The notes under the pieces: model-generated | What the model was told of the DNA's origin: nothing | The model's database searches: none | The model's input: the letters and a program-made list of their open reading frames with translations, nothing else | Shown: one piece after another, positions 29,834 to 43,126 of the stretch | Numbering within the stretch: the stretch's first letter is position 1 | Layout: each line of letters begins with the position of its first letter | Made by a program: the position numbers and the translations under genes | NCBI RefSeq assembly: GCF_009914755.1 | Contig: NC_060942.1 | Strand: one strand, 5' to 3' | Source of the DNA: the human T2T-CHM13v2.0 reference genome, Homo sapiens | DNA length: 64,000 nt

Positions 29834-31146
29834 TAGTAGAATTGGGGTGGGGGATAGCAAGAGATTTGGCGCTTGCGCTGCCCCCATTTGCGCACCGATG
29901 ATAAAAGATAGAAGAGTTTTTTTCTTCCCTGGGGGCGGATGATGGTGGGGGGGTGGTACAAGGGGCGCCCCTTCGCTGTTTTAAAATCTGATGCTTCACG
30001 CATTTTTGCTTCTGCAAATACTTGGGTTGGTTTGGAGAGCCGGCGGGCTGGGGCAGGTGCTGGGGATATCGTTGAAAGGAACTGGGCTGGGTCCTTAAAG
30101 CCCCAGAAACCTACCAAGTGGGGAGGATTGGGGCAACAGGAGCAGGCGAGGAGGACATCCAGGGGCTTTGAGGAAGTCTGCGCAGAATGTAGATGGTGGG
30201 GCTGAGTCGTTGGTGTGTGAATACATCTCCTTTTGGTTTGGATTTTTGGACTTGGTGATTGAGAATAGGGAAAGGGACAGCTAATATGTTTTGGTACTTC
30301 CAAGGAGGGGATCCTGGTACTGAAGGAGGCACAGAGTTGCCAAGGAGGAGGGGAGGTGTGTTTAATATTGTTTTATTTTTTAACGGTGAATGTAGTTCGC
30401 AAGCTGAGTCTCCATATAGCTCCAGGACACCTCCAAACTCCAAGTGATTGATATTCCAGAGAACCGGCGCCCTGACCCTGGCACTTGCCTAGCTCAGTTT
30501 CTAATTAAAAATGGCAAAACTGTTTGGGGATTGGATCTGGCTAGTGCAGGAGAAAGAGGGACCTGGAGGCTGGCTGATCAGGACTGCTGTAATCTCCGAA
30601 TACGGAGCTGGCGGCTTCGACGGCCAAAAGAATAGAAAAGAGCAAAATGACTCATGATAAGGTCCACTTGTTTTGCGGGACCTCACCGCAAGTGTAGATG
30701 GGCACTGGGGTACAGTGAGCGGTCCTGGCAAAGAAGGAGAGGAGAGCGGCTGGATGAGCATTCAGAGAGCCCTTCGGAAACGACCTTTTTCCAAATCCAA
30801 AGGAAAAACAGGCTCAGGCAGAGACCGGGCGTTGAGTAGGAGCTCCCCAGTTCGTGCCTGGGAAATTAACAGGGAATGGCACATCAATCGCGGCCAAGCC
30901 CCCAGCCTCCCCGGAGTCCGCAGCTCCGGCTTTCTCTTCTCTGCTAAGTGCTGCATGGCCAAGGGTTGCGAACGCGAGCAGAAAATGCGCCTCTCACTGT
31001 CGCGAGGGATTCAGACAGTCAAGCGCCAAGGCAGCCCGAGGCTCCCCAAAGCCTCGCTCGGCCGCACGCGGGCAGGAATCTGCGCTTGCACTCGGGCTCA
31101 GCTCCTCATCTTCCTTTGGCCAGAGACAGAGAGAGCAGGCAGGAGG

Positions 31147-31191
31147 GGTGTGTGTGTGTGCGTGTGTGTGTGTGTGTGTGTGCACGCGCGC
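31147..31191. repeat. (TG)n microsatellite ending in CGCGCG
   Basis: Directly visible. Confidence 0.92.
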
Positions 31192-34100
31192 TGTCCTGTG
31201 ATGAGCGCGTACCCGCATCCCCGCGCTTAGCCGCTGGTGCTCCCTCCCTCCGTCTGTCCCTCCCGGGCCGGTCCCCTCCTCCCCTGGCTCTTCTCTCCCG
31301 GAGCTTTGTCCTCAACAATTACTCTCGCAAAAGGTGGGTGGGGGTGGGGGGGTGGGCATCTCCACAGTAATGAATAGGTGTCTGTTTTAAATTGCCTCCT
31401 CGAGACCCTCAAATGCTAGAGGCTGCGGGGAGGAGGACCCTCCTTCTGCCCAGAAGATTGACTTGGGCTTTCTATAGCAGTTTGGGAGACCTATGCGGAC
31501 GGGAAAGGGGAAGTTCAGGGGGCATCCCTTACTGGGTAGAAAGTCTGCCTAACAGCAGCACTGCTGACCTGAAATGTGCTAGCTGAATGCACTGCATGAA
31601 GCAAGGTGTACAAAAATGAACAATGATGTCTTGTCAATTACACGACAGTATTTTAAAGCTATTACTCAAGTGACTTTTGTCTGGCATAGGGTGGGGGTAG
31701 ATTAATAGAGATAAATTTATGTGCGTTTTATTAATGTCTAAATTAATTAAATATTCTCTTTGCATTTATTTACATTTCTTGTCCAGAGAGTCAGGGCCAT
31801 GTATTACTGCTTCATTTTAATTTTCTCCTCAACAGACAGATCTATGCTTGAAAAAGCAGATGTAAGGAAGGGATACATACACACACATACACATGGGTTA
31901 TGTTGGTGGATAGGCTAACGGATCTAAATCTTTAAACTTTTCTGCACTTCTAAATCTATATCTGTTATTTGCAAGTGAGTCGTGATGCAGTTTGCGCAGC
32001 TCGCAGGAAAGTGGATGGTGCATTTTTAAGATATTGCCAATTCACAACACTCTGGCCTTTGCTCATTAATCTGAGTATCACTTCTTTCTCTTAGTAATAA
32101 TTTCCCCTGTTTAGGAACATGGCAGGAAACTTACAACGAGAAAGCATAGTTCACTCTATAAAAGGACCAGTAGGAGGTGCCCTTAATAAGGCCAAGTGTC
32201 TAGTTTACTGGCAGAGAAATTCCCATTCAGCCGGGTGTTTTAAAGACTTTGTTGATTGGTAACAAAGGATTATGGAGACTAGCACAATAGCACTGGGCCC
32301 TTTCCCACTTTCTAGGTAAAGTCTGAAGCTGCTGTAGATTTGTATGAAACTGTGATGATTTAACAAAGGACAGCCCTGAAAAGTGTCAGTAGAGAGTGAG
32401 GACTTGATGTTGGGGGAGGAGGATGGTGACTTTTTAGTTGGCTTCTGTAAGATGTCATCTTCTTATATATTTGACATGAGCCACAGGCACAGGAACCTTA
32501 TAGAGTCTCAGGGGATCTCAGATAAGATAACAATTTTGGATGTTGGATGTTAATGAGTGAAAAATGAGGCATACATATTAATTAATTCTTCATACATGTT
32601 TGGGTTCCATTGCATTGAAAAAAATCTGTGAGTGTTTAATGTAGTCTGGATATGCTGAAATGAGGCTGGTCGCCCTCCCTAGGCGACCTCTTCTCATTCC
32701 CCCAACCAAAGCAGATCAGATGCCCCCATGTGGGTTTGCTTTTGAGTGGCGGGAGTATGGCAGAGCCTGAGGGCTCGGGGTAGGCTGGCAGTCCACTCCT
32801 CTGTGAGTGCCGCAGTATAAATCACCAGTACCTGTCAGTGTCCATTTCCCACACAGCAGCAGCTGCCCTCTGAGTTATAAAGCATGGGAAACGGCCACCA
32901 CATGTGTTATATGTGAATATATTAGGCTTAGTGCCTTTGCTTTAATGCTCTTAAAAGCCAGGCTGGCTTGAGATGCTGATAGGCATTTTTTTCTGGGGAG
33001 AGATTTATAACTTCTCAGTGTGTATGACTTAAATTTATTCTCTGGCAAGTTAACCTCTTAGCAAACTTCCTTATTGTTTTCATTGAAGAGGAAGAGCCTT
33101 AATCCTACCTAAATTCCTGAATGAAGCTCTGCTGAAAGTTTCTGCTAGAGTACAGGATATTTGCAGGCTGTAGTATGGTTTCCTAAACCAATGGGAAGCT
33201 TGACAAGATATATGGGGAGGTGATTTTTTGGTGGGGAGGCGGGGATATTTTTACTTGTTTTTAGAGAGGGAAGTTGTGATACTGCATCTTCTAAAGGAAT
33301 TCTAGCAACTCAGTTATCTCAAAAGCATCTTTAATGAGAGGAAATGTTTCTCGCTTCCAGTTTCATACATCTAACAGTCTGGGATTCTTCAAATGCATAT
33401 AATATGCTCCTGGAATGTTTGCAGCTGCACGCAGTAGGGTCATCTAGCAGGATCACTGTCATTTGGAAATGAGCCCTGATTTAAATTTTGACTTGCAGAC
33501 AAAACACTTATCTTTACCTGGTGCGGCATGTTTAAAAGCAGTGCTGAAGTTTCTGAACAGAATATTTCTTTCCATGGGAGACTGTGCCCTAAGATTACAT
33601 TTTAAAGTAAGTGTTCTTACCATTTCTTTGGAGAATTTGCCATCCCAAACTTTGCATGTGAAACTTCTTCTTCATGATTCTACCAGTAAAGATAACTATT
33701 TAAAGAGAATGCAGTTGTTTCCGGGTATTTCTTTAAAATTAAAATTCAATGTCCACATCCACACACAAACAAGGAGGATTTCCACCCCCTCATACCTTCT
33801 CCTTCAAATAGCTGACTTTGGTGTGAATTATGATAGCTCTAATTACATAAGGGCACTTGCAATTTCCCTAGAGAATGAGTTCTTGCCTGATTACAGATCT
33901 TCCTACTTTCCATAGGAAGTTTCTGGCCCACACTACTATCAGAAACTTGCACCAAATTGGGAACACATTGCTCTGTTTTGGTATTTGCTACCCAGCTATA
34001 CATTTTTGAAGGATTAATCTACCTCAGATGATAATCTCTTAGATGAACTATATACATAAATTTCAAGAAATCTTAGCTTTGCCTGAGGCCAAAGAATAAT

Positions 34101-36789
34101 GTCACAAACCTGCTGAAATTACTTGATTAATTGATTGATTAACTAAGGATAAAAAGTCACTTGGTTCTGGAAAAGTACTGTACTCCCTAAAGAGTTCTAA
34201 AGAGGAATAGTAAATACTATGCACATTTACAATTCATAAAATGTAAACGTCAAGTCTTCTTCCCCCTCTTTTTCCATTCCTTCCTTATAATGCTCTGGAG
34301 GAAAATTTAAGAGTTTCATGAGTTGTCACAACAGTTATATCTTAAGGAATCATAGCTTGGAATCTCACTAACTCATGATTAATAGACACTCAATTAAATA
34401 GCAACACAATGTCCGGTGAATTTTTCGGCAGCCTGCTGTGGGCTGCTTGCTTGTTTTCAGCTCGTTTCTAAGGAATCAAAACTCTCATCTCTAAGAGGTG
34501 TGGCATCAATACTGCCTCCCTTGACGCAGCCCAAGAAAGCCTTTCTCACTCTGAAACCAAGGCTGTGACCCACAGGCACTGTGTTTAATATGCTGTGTTC
34601 CACTTTGCAAGGTCAGGGGGATTTGCCTTAAAAATAAATTTTTAAATGTTCATGCATGCTGCTTTTGGTGGAGAGTTAAACTGTACTCTAAAAGCAGCTA
34701 AATAGTGTTGTTATCTTAAGACATTCTAACTTGTGGCCTCTCAGCCAATATTATTGAAGTTCTAGAGCTCACAATCTTTAAGAGAGACAGGAGTGAGCTC
34801 TATAAGATAATAGGTTATGCCAACCTAGTTAAGCTACTTTTTTCCCCAAAATGGTGTTACCAGGTTGGAATAATAGAACGTTAACCTTTTTCAAAGTTAC
34901 TACTTTTCAGAGGAAAAAACATTTCTTAATAATATCATAATATCAGTAGCATGGGACTGACCCAATGTATTTAAGATATTGTTCTTCAAAACAAGATATC
35001 AAGGAAAGCCAGTGTTAAACTTGTCAAGAAGAAAGGATGAACAATCCAGATTATTTTCCCTGCAGGCCAATAAAAAATGTGCAAGATAGAATTACATGTT
35101 GCATATGCCAAATAGGTAATAGCAAAAAATAAAATGTAAAGTATTATGCACCTTTATCATTGCAGGACTCAGGTAAATGAAACACAATTTAGTAACACAC
35201 TTTTTCTTTCTCTCACTCTAGAATGTTAATTCCTTATCTTATATTTCTCTGGTTTAACTCCAAACTAAGATGGAGAAATACAGGTTGGCTGACTGATGAT
35301 CAAAATTATTATAGTGCTCCAAAGTTATTTGACAAATTTTAGCCTGAGGTTTAACAACTAAATCCCTTTAATTCAACTATTAAGTGAAAGTGTTTTCTTT
35401 GGTAGTTTAGAAATACCTGAGCTTTGTCCCAATGGTGTGGTTTAGAAATACATAATAATGCATAAGATTGAATATGCCTTCTTTTTCAATATTGATGGGA
35501 ATTTGCCAATGGTAATACCAGTGCATATTGCTCTTTTATTAATAGTTCCAAACAACCATATTATTCACAGCTTTCATTTCTTGGGGGGAAAAGTTCAAGT
35601 AGGAAACACACAAATCATTCCATATTTATTGATCATATTTTTAAGGCTATTCTTATGGCATGACTTCTGTAGGAATGTTTCTCTTTTCTAGTAAATTCCA
35701 CGAGCCCAGTGTCTATGATCTACTTCTACTTCGTGATATACTTTAGCTTAATTTCACTAATCCAAATTTTTTGACTTTTAGCTTGCTCAGTCATTTCACC
35801 ATGGCCCTCCAGGGAGGAAGACCCTTTAAAACCATTTGTGGTTATGATGATGAAACTTAACAGGAGTATTTATTGCAATTTGGAGATTTCTTCCTGGTTC
35901 ATCCTTTAAATATTGGTTCTTGCCTGAAGGCTACTCCTAAGAGTATCTAGGACAAACATGTTCCACTGAATTAACTGAATCTTTAGGATGTTATCTGATG
36001 AAAATACCAACTGGTTAGTGAATTGTGTTCTGATAAGAGGACTTGTCAATACAACATTATTCTGGGCCATCTACAATGTTCTTAAATCTGTGTTTACATT
36101 TTGACAAGAGAAAAAAGAAGTTAAGCAGTTAATATAAATGTTTTTAACTCAAATCACATTTTTAGATTTTACTTATTTTTCTATAGTCTTTTAGAAATAT
36201 TTCTCCACTCACTTAGCTGCCTCTTTAAAAGTATGTAGAACATAATTTAACCTGTTCTTAATAGATACAATACATCACTATGACTTCATTATAGTATTAT
36301 GTGATTTTATAGGGATAATTTTTGAAGGCATTGCATCATACAGAACTGTTTATTTTTCCCATCAATTGACCATGGACTGTTACTATTGTTGAGTTTTATC
36401 TCTGGCTATAAAATATATTTTGTCTACATCTTGTGTTCAGCTGAAACTTCTCCCTGTATAAAACTTCCTCAAAGCAGTTCTCTCTTTTAGTTTTGATGTT
36501 AAGACATAGGGGACTAAGTTTTGTTGGGGTTGTGTTTAAAGTAGGAGAGGAGATTAGAAAACAGCACCTGAATCCCTTATTAGAGGAATATCTAATTAGT
36601 TTTAACTAATGATTCTGTAGCATCTGATATTAATTTGGATGTCACTTGTACTTTGTACAACGTATTTTTCCTTATTAAATGAGAATGTGGACTAGATCAA
36701 CTCTAGTTATTAGTTTCAACACTATATAATTTATTTAAATTATGAACTGTACTATACATATAGTGTTTGGTATAATTAATAATACAATT

Positions 36790-37465
36790 CATGATCATGA
36801 TAACAATAATAATAATGTAATAATAACAAATACCCATGTACCCACTAGCAGTTTTCTGATTTTTGTATTAACCCCTTGCCTTTTGTACAGTTTTTCCACA
36901 TATGTATACATCTTTAACATGTTACTTTACTTGGCTGTTCTTAACAGTAATAAAATAAATATAATGTGTATATTCTCTGACTTGCAATTTTGCTGAACGT
37001 TAAGTATCTGAGTTTCATCTATGTGGATTCATATTGCTGTATTTCAGTCACTTTCTCTGGTGTATAATACTTCATGATATTAATTAACCATAGTTTATCT
37101 AATCTATTGTTGATGGATTTTGAAATTCAGTTTTTTGCTATTGCTAGTAAAGTTGGCATAAACATTCTGGTGCATGTCCACCAGCACAAATTTGCCACCA
37201 TGTTTAGGGTGCATACCTAGGAGTGGAATTGCTGAGTCATAGAAGGGTATCTTTTCATCCGGGAGGCAAAGACATGTTGCAGTTACTGAAACCCCCACCA
37301 GGGGCAGATGAAAGGCCTCTTTGCTTCATGCCTCTGCCAACACTTGGTATTTTCATATGCTTAATTTGCCCGCATCTGGTAACTTCTCATTGTGGGTTTA
37401 ATTCGCATTTTCCTGATTGCTTATAAGTCTGAACATTTTTTCCATTAATTTGTTAGCTATTTGTG
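36790..37465 (-). mobile_element. Old L1M (ME/MC-type) fragment
   Basis: acctaggagtggaattgctgagtcatag...ccaacacttggtatt...ctcattgtgggtttaattcgcattttcctgatt. Confidence 0.75.
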
Positions 37466-38489
37466 ATGTCAGCAAGACAATTCTATGATTCTGTTTCTTC
37501 AACTGAGCAACATTTGCTTTTAGACCTTAATATTATTGGTAGTTATTCTGTTTCTTCTACTAAGCAACCCTTTGCTTTTAGGCATAGATGTTATCAGTAG
37601 TCTAATGTTCAGGAAGTTGTCGCCTAATACTTTACCATGTTGACTCTGGCCTAGGCTTTATTTAAGCACCTTCCCAAAATGTACACTGATTTTGAGTTGG
37701 AAAAGACATTCTTAGTCACTGTAACATTGTTGATTACCCTGAGCAAGTCCTGCCATGTTAGTATCCTGCCTTATCCTGTTTATTGTGTCTTTATAGAGAA
37801 TCATTTACAGGGAAGCAGGATGCTGGGATGCCAGGCTTAATTTGAGGCTCCTTATGAATCCCCTGAATATAATGGAACTAAAGGATAACAGAAACACAGA
37901 GTAGTAATGGTAGACACCAAATCTGAGTTAAAAATCTTAATATGATCATTTGAATTTGGGTATATTTCCAACATGGTAAAATACATAGGCCCAATATCAT
38001 TGTTACATTTATGGCATATATAACTGTGGGTTTCAAACAAACGTATGTGCTTTGTGCACCATCCCCCCCAATTTTTGTTTGGGTTTATAATTTTTTCACC
38101 TGCTCCCATGGGACAGGCTAATGAAGACCCCTGAATGAAATAAAGCCTCAGATGTACTTGCAGAGGCCTCTGTAGTGTGTTGCCTTCTGTGCAGACTCAT
38201 TAGAGATGTGAGCCAAGGCTGAGACATCTAAGCAAACCCTCTGCACCCAGAGTCCTCAATCCATTGTTCCTGCATCTTTTTTCAGTCTCATGGGATCCCA
38301 GAAGAATACAAATTAGAGAGAAGAATCTGCAAAGCTTTTCCTTTCATGTTTAATGTCTGGGCAGAGCTGTTCCCTGCAGGACAATTTCTGGTTATTTTCT
38401 CTCTCTGGTTTGAGGCATCTCCAGGGATGGTTTGGTGACTGTTTCCCTTGGGGAAGTTTTCAGCAGCATATCAGTTTTACTGTTAAAAG

Positions 38490-38830
38490 TTTATTTTACA
38501 ATTCATCTGAGATAGTCCTGTTCTAAATGTTCTTTCCATTACCCTTGTCATCTGGCTCTTGATTCCTGCATACCCTTTTCAGTGACACTGCCTCTTCTGG
38601 GCTGAAATGTGTTCAATAATTCGAGCTATAAATCACTCTCGCCTCCCCATTTGGTCTTTACTTAACCAGATTATAAATATTTAATTCATTTGATTTTTCC
38701 TCATACCACTCCAGAAGCTTAATCATGTTTAGTCTTCTTACTTTAACTCCCTCTAGTTTGTTTATATCTTTCTTGTAATCAAGGGGCCTAACTCTGATGT
38801 GCTCTTCTAAGTAAGCTCTCCAGAGTCATA
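38490..38830 (-). mobile_element. CR1/L3 fragment
   Basis: aattcatttgatttttcctcata...actccctctagtttgtttatatctttctt...ggggcctaactctg resembles L3. Confidence 0.5.
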
Positions 38831-39174
38831 TTATAAAATACAAATTCAGCATCATCTTTAGCTTATTGTACAGCCATAGACAAACATATGGTCTCTCAAA
38901 ACTTGTGTTATCAGTTTTCAGGAAGGACTATCAATGCCTAATAAAATCATTGAGATATTATAAGGACCAAATAAGACCAAGTATTTCATTGAAGATAGTA
39001 CAATAGTTACTGAGCCTTTACCAACGATTACAAATAGATGAATAAAAGATTTAGATGAGTTTCTGCCCTGCAGGGGCTTTTCCTCCAGTGAAGGTGACAG
39101 GCACACACAGAGGTAGGTAGGATACAAGGTAGAACAAAGTACTCACCGAAAAGGGACACAAACAGTTCTGCTCT

Positions 39175-39552
39175 TCATGTGGTTTTTGTCATTGGTTCTG
39201 TTTATGTGATGGATTACATTTATTGATTTGCGTATGTTGAACCAGCCTTTGCAGGGACATGGATGAAGTTGGAAACCATCATTCTCAGCAAACTAACACA
39301 GGAACAGAAAACCAAACACCACATGTTCTCACTCATAAGTGGGAGGTGAACAATGAGAACATATGGACACAGGAAGGGGAACATCATCATACACCGGGGC
39401 CTACTGGGGAGTTGGGGGCTAGGGGAGGGATAGCAATAGGAGAAATAAGACAGGCTGATGGATGCAGCAAACCACTATGGCATGTGTATACCTGTGTAAC
39501 AAATCTGCACTTTCTGCACATGTATTCCAGAACTTAAATATAATTTAAAAAA
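39175..39552 (+). mobile_element. L1PA (approx. PA7/8) 3' end with a short inverted ORF2 piece (39175-39250)
   Basis: Inverted piece encodes [22 protein letters not shown] on the minus strand and is joined to sense tttgcagggacatggatg...aacttaaa. Confidence 0.88.
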
Positions 39553-40899
39553 CTCATAATATATTAATATTTATTAGCTAATGGACTGACAGAGCCAATT
39601 CATTCATCCTTGTATCCCTAAATTGATTGGACCAAAAAGAGGCAAGGGAGTTTAAAGAGTTGTCAATCATGTTTAAACCAAAGTATTGGTGTGGTAAGAA
39701 TGAGGATATTATGGTTTTGCCTACAGATCTGGTGGCCTGTTGCTGTAAAAACATCTCCAGACTTTCGTGACCCTTTCTTCCCATATTTCTTGAATGTGTT
39801 CCAGGTATTGTGTTAAGGTGGCAATTTAGCTTACAGCCCAGTGAGATAAATATGCTAATCAAATACATATGTTAACAAACCCACAATTCCAAATGAGATA
39901 AGGCTTTAAAGAAAGAAAATACTGTAGGAAAGGGTCTCAGACAGCAGATCAGAGACAGCTTCCATGAGAAAGTGTGACTGAGTTTACATCTGAAGAATGA
40001 GTTAAGAAGGGGATATTTAGGAGGGGCAGACGAGAGAATATCAGGTAAAAAAAAGTGAGCTCAAAGGCCCCATGGTGGGAGGAAAAATCATGAATTCCAA
40101 GATCAGTGTACCCAGGACCACTAGAACTAAACATAATAATGGCTTAGCTAAGGCTGGAGAAGACTTTGGGATTCTCTCTCTCCAGTAGTAGCTACTTGTA
40201 CTTGGTAGATATTGACTGAATAAATTCAAATGAGTTCTTATCAAGGATCTTTCCTAATCTCAGTACAATGATTCAAAAATTTCTGCAAACTACATAGGCC
40301 ACCTTTTCCTTGATTTTTTTATTAGATGTGAATTTATGAACCTATCTATCCTATATGTTTAGAGATACATTATGAGGTGTTACGGACATATGTATGCAAC
40401 CGAGAGAGGGACTTTGAAAAGTGTACAGAGCTAGAAAAATCCAAGTAATTATCAATTAACTTGGTAATAAGTCATTTCTCCTTTGAAAGCTATCACTGAA
40501 CAGAGGGAAACAAAACTTCACCTTTTCTATAAAAATAGAATTGCCATGGACATTCCTTGTTCTGGGGCCTCCTTCAAAATGTGTGCCTGAACGTGTTTAG
40601 TAAACCTAAACCTAAATTTTTTTTGGAGTTTTTATAGATTATTTTCTCAATATGATCCTTTTCTATGCATTTTGTCCCTATTACTATTTCTTAAAAACAT
40701 AAACGAATGTTCTCTTTGCTTTCAGTTACAGTTCATTTAGAAGTCATTGAGCTTGTAACCTTTCCATGTCACCGGACCTGGAACTACTGTACCACTTGAA
40801 TCAACCTACCATCTACCACTGGATGTTGCAAAGATTGTTGCTACACAGCCCTGTGGTCTTTGGTCTCGATAAGAGGGGGCATAGCCTAGGGGGAAAAAG

Positions 40900-41100
40900 C
40901 ATCCCAGCTATTGGGTTTGATTGAGATCCTTAAACCACTGGACCTCAACTTTCCCACCTATAAAATGGACACAAAATCAACCTCTGCTTCCCAACTCTAA
41001 ATTGGGGGTAAAAATTACTCCAGTAGTTAGCTATATACAATATCTATTCCAATGCCTGACTTATAATAAGTATTTCATAAATGCTAGCTATTGTTAGTAT
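40900..41100 (+). mobile_element. MIR
   Basis: ccttaaaccactggacctcaactttcccacctataaaatgg...tgcctgacttataataagtatttcataaatg. Confidence 0.6.
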
Positions 41101-41559
41101 TATGTTAGTATGGGCTACATTTATCCCGAGGTAGTCTTTACAAATAGAAAATTTCACAGGCACAGGCCAGCCCTTCTAGAACCTGCCTCAATTTTATTGT
41201 TGTGATTTTAGAGACTTAAATATAAATTAAGGTAGTCAGACTCCAATGGCAATTTTGAAATCAATCACATCATGGTTTAGTGGACCCTGGTCCCATGCCT
41301 TTGCTTGATTTAGAGGCTCATAGGTCCAGCTAAGTTAGATCTGACATAGTGCAATACTGATCAAACTTGGCAGCGTATGACACACTTCCTGTGGATTTTC
41401 CATCCAAACCATCCTCCCCTATTAACTCTTCCCTGGTTGACCATGTCCATTTTCTACAGACCCGTCATCTACTCAGCAGGCACACCTAGAAGCTAATACT
41501 TGCTTGGTTAATGTGCAGTACTGGGTATAATTGGTCCTGAGGGTCTTCTCTGTGGAGGA

Positions 41560-41845
41560 GTGGCTCTCATCTTGATTTTGTGTCAATGCCCAGCCCTTCT
41601 TCATACCAATTAATTTAGAATCTCGGAGATGTATTCCAGGCACAAGTATTCTAAAGTCTCTGATGGTGATTCCAACATGCAGTCATGTTTGAGAATCAGT
41701 GTCCTAGGGTCTTTCTACTCCAAGTGTGCAGTCCAGGAATCAAGGCATTTGCATCACCTGGGAGCTTATAAGAAATGCAGAAACCTCAGGCCACACCCAG
41801 ACATACTCAATTAGAATCCCAAGTGACTGAGGAATACTGCTCTAG
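41560..41845. mobile_element. Tandem MER5B + MER5A (hAT-Charlie) remnants
   Basis: ggtgattccaacatgcagtcatgtttgagaatcagtg; gcatcacctgggagcttataagaaatgcagaaacctcaggcc. Confidence 0.7.
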
Positions 41846-43012
41846 ATGACTGAAAGCATCAGATAGGGAGGTGATCCTTGCCTCTATTCTTCACAATTGT
41901 AAGTAATCATGTAGTCAATGGGAAACTGCCCCTACCACACTAGTTTTTCTTAGCTTGAAGCATCTGTTGCATGCTTTGGCTTCAGGAGTTGGTCTTATAG
42001 TGGCAAGCTATGCCAACATCAAAGAGTCTTCTGGTTTGTGGTTTAGCGGCAAATATATTTCATGGAGACCATGACACGTTTCATTTTCCTTGAGATTACA
42101 AGCCCTTGAAAATGCTCTTTGTGTGTTCCATCTGCCTTTTCCCTTCTTTTCTCATCAATACTCATATAAGAACGCATATTTTACAATGGTCTGCTGGTTT
42201 TCATTCCATAGTTTCCCCTCCTTCAACTCTCTTTCCTCCTTAAAAATGCTCAGACCCAGGGAAAAAGAAAGACACATAAAAGGGACACAGAGGCCCTGGG
42301 CCCTCCTCCTCCCTCCCTCCTCTGTGTCCCAAGTCTGATGCTGAGAGCACACACATGCTCAAAGTGAGACCCTGACGGGGGCTACCCCATACTGAACCTC
42401 GCCTTTTGATTGGGGATGGTCTTCAGGGCATGAAACAGACCAAGTGCTCATTTGCCTGAGCCTCTGTGGCAGGGCAGAAGGGGTGTAACAGAGGTTTTTG
42501 AAGAAGAGTAAAGCTTTACAGGCAGAAAGCTCAGTGCAGGGTTTTGAAGCTTTTGCTCTGCACTGCCTGGCAGAGAGAGCAGCTTTAACTGGCGTGCTCC
42601 AAATCAGAGTCTACACGAAGAGAACATGGGGTCTCAGCTGCGCAGATTGGATCAATCTGAATGAAAATCACTAGTGTTCCTCCTGGGGAGAGAAGTTTCT
42701 GCTTAGCTCATGAACTGTAGGCCCTTCTCTGGCCCTGGTAGTAAATGAGTAGAGCTTTTGTGAAAGGTTATGTAAGGCTGCTGTTTTCTCTCCCTGCCTA
42801 GAGTAAAATTCTATTTATAGAGGGATGAACTGCCTCTCAGCGAAACATGCATTTTATAAACTATAGCTTAGGAAAGATAATTTAATAAATCTTTAAGAAA
42901 GAATTAAGGGAAGAGAGAGAACAAAATCCTAGGCAGAGAGAGTGGGATATACAGCAAGAAATAGGAGAAAGAGAAAGCATCATTGTTCTGGACTTAGTTA
43001 CTGGAGTAGTAA

Positions 43013-43126
43013 TAGAGTGACCGATCATTCTTGTGTGCCTGGGATTGAGGAGTTTTACAGGAAGAAGGACTTTCAGTGCTAACAATAGGACAGCCCCAGG
43101 TAAACTGGAATAGTTTGTCACTCCTA
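43013..43126. mobile_element. MER81 (hAT-Blackjack MITE)
   Basis: Terminal inverted repeats tagagtgacc...tgtcactccta; core ggactttcagtgctaa; 114 bp. Confidence 0.75.

Noticed and set aside
31555-31575. Possible REST/RE1 site (cagcactgctgacctg)
   Set aside because: Too many mismatches to TCAGCACCnnGGACAG.
33463-33915. 150-aa + strand ORF in intron 1
   Set aside because: TTG-called start, no family resemblance and no clear exon structure; compatible with chance.
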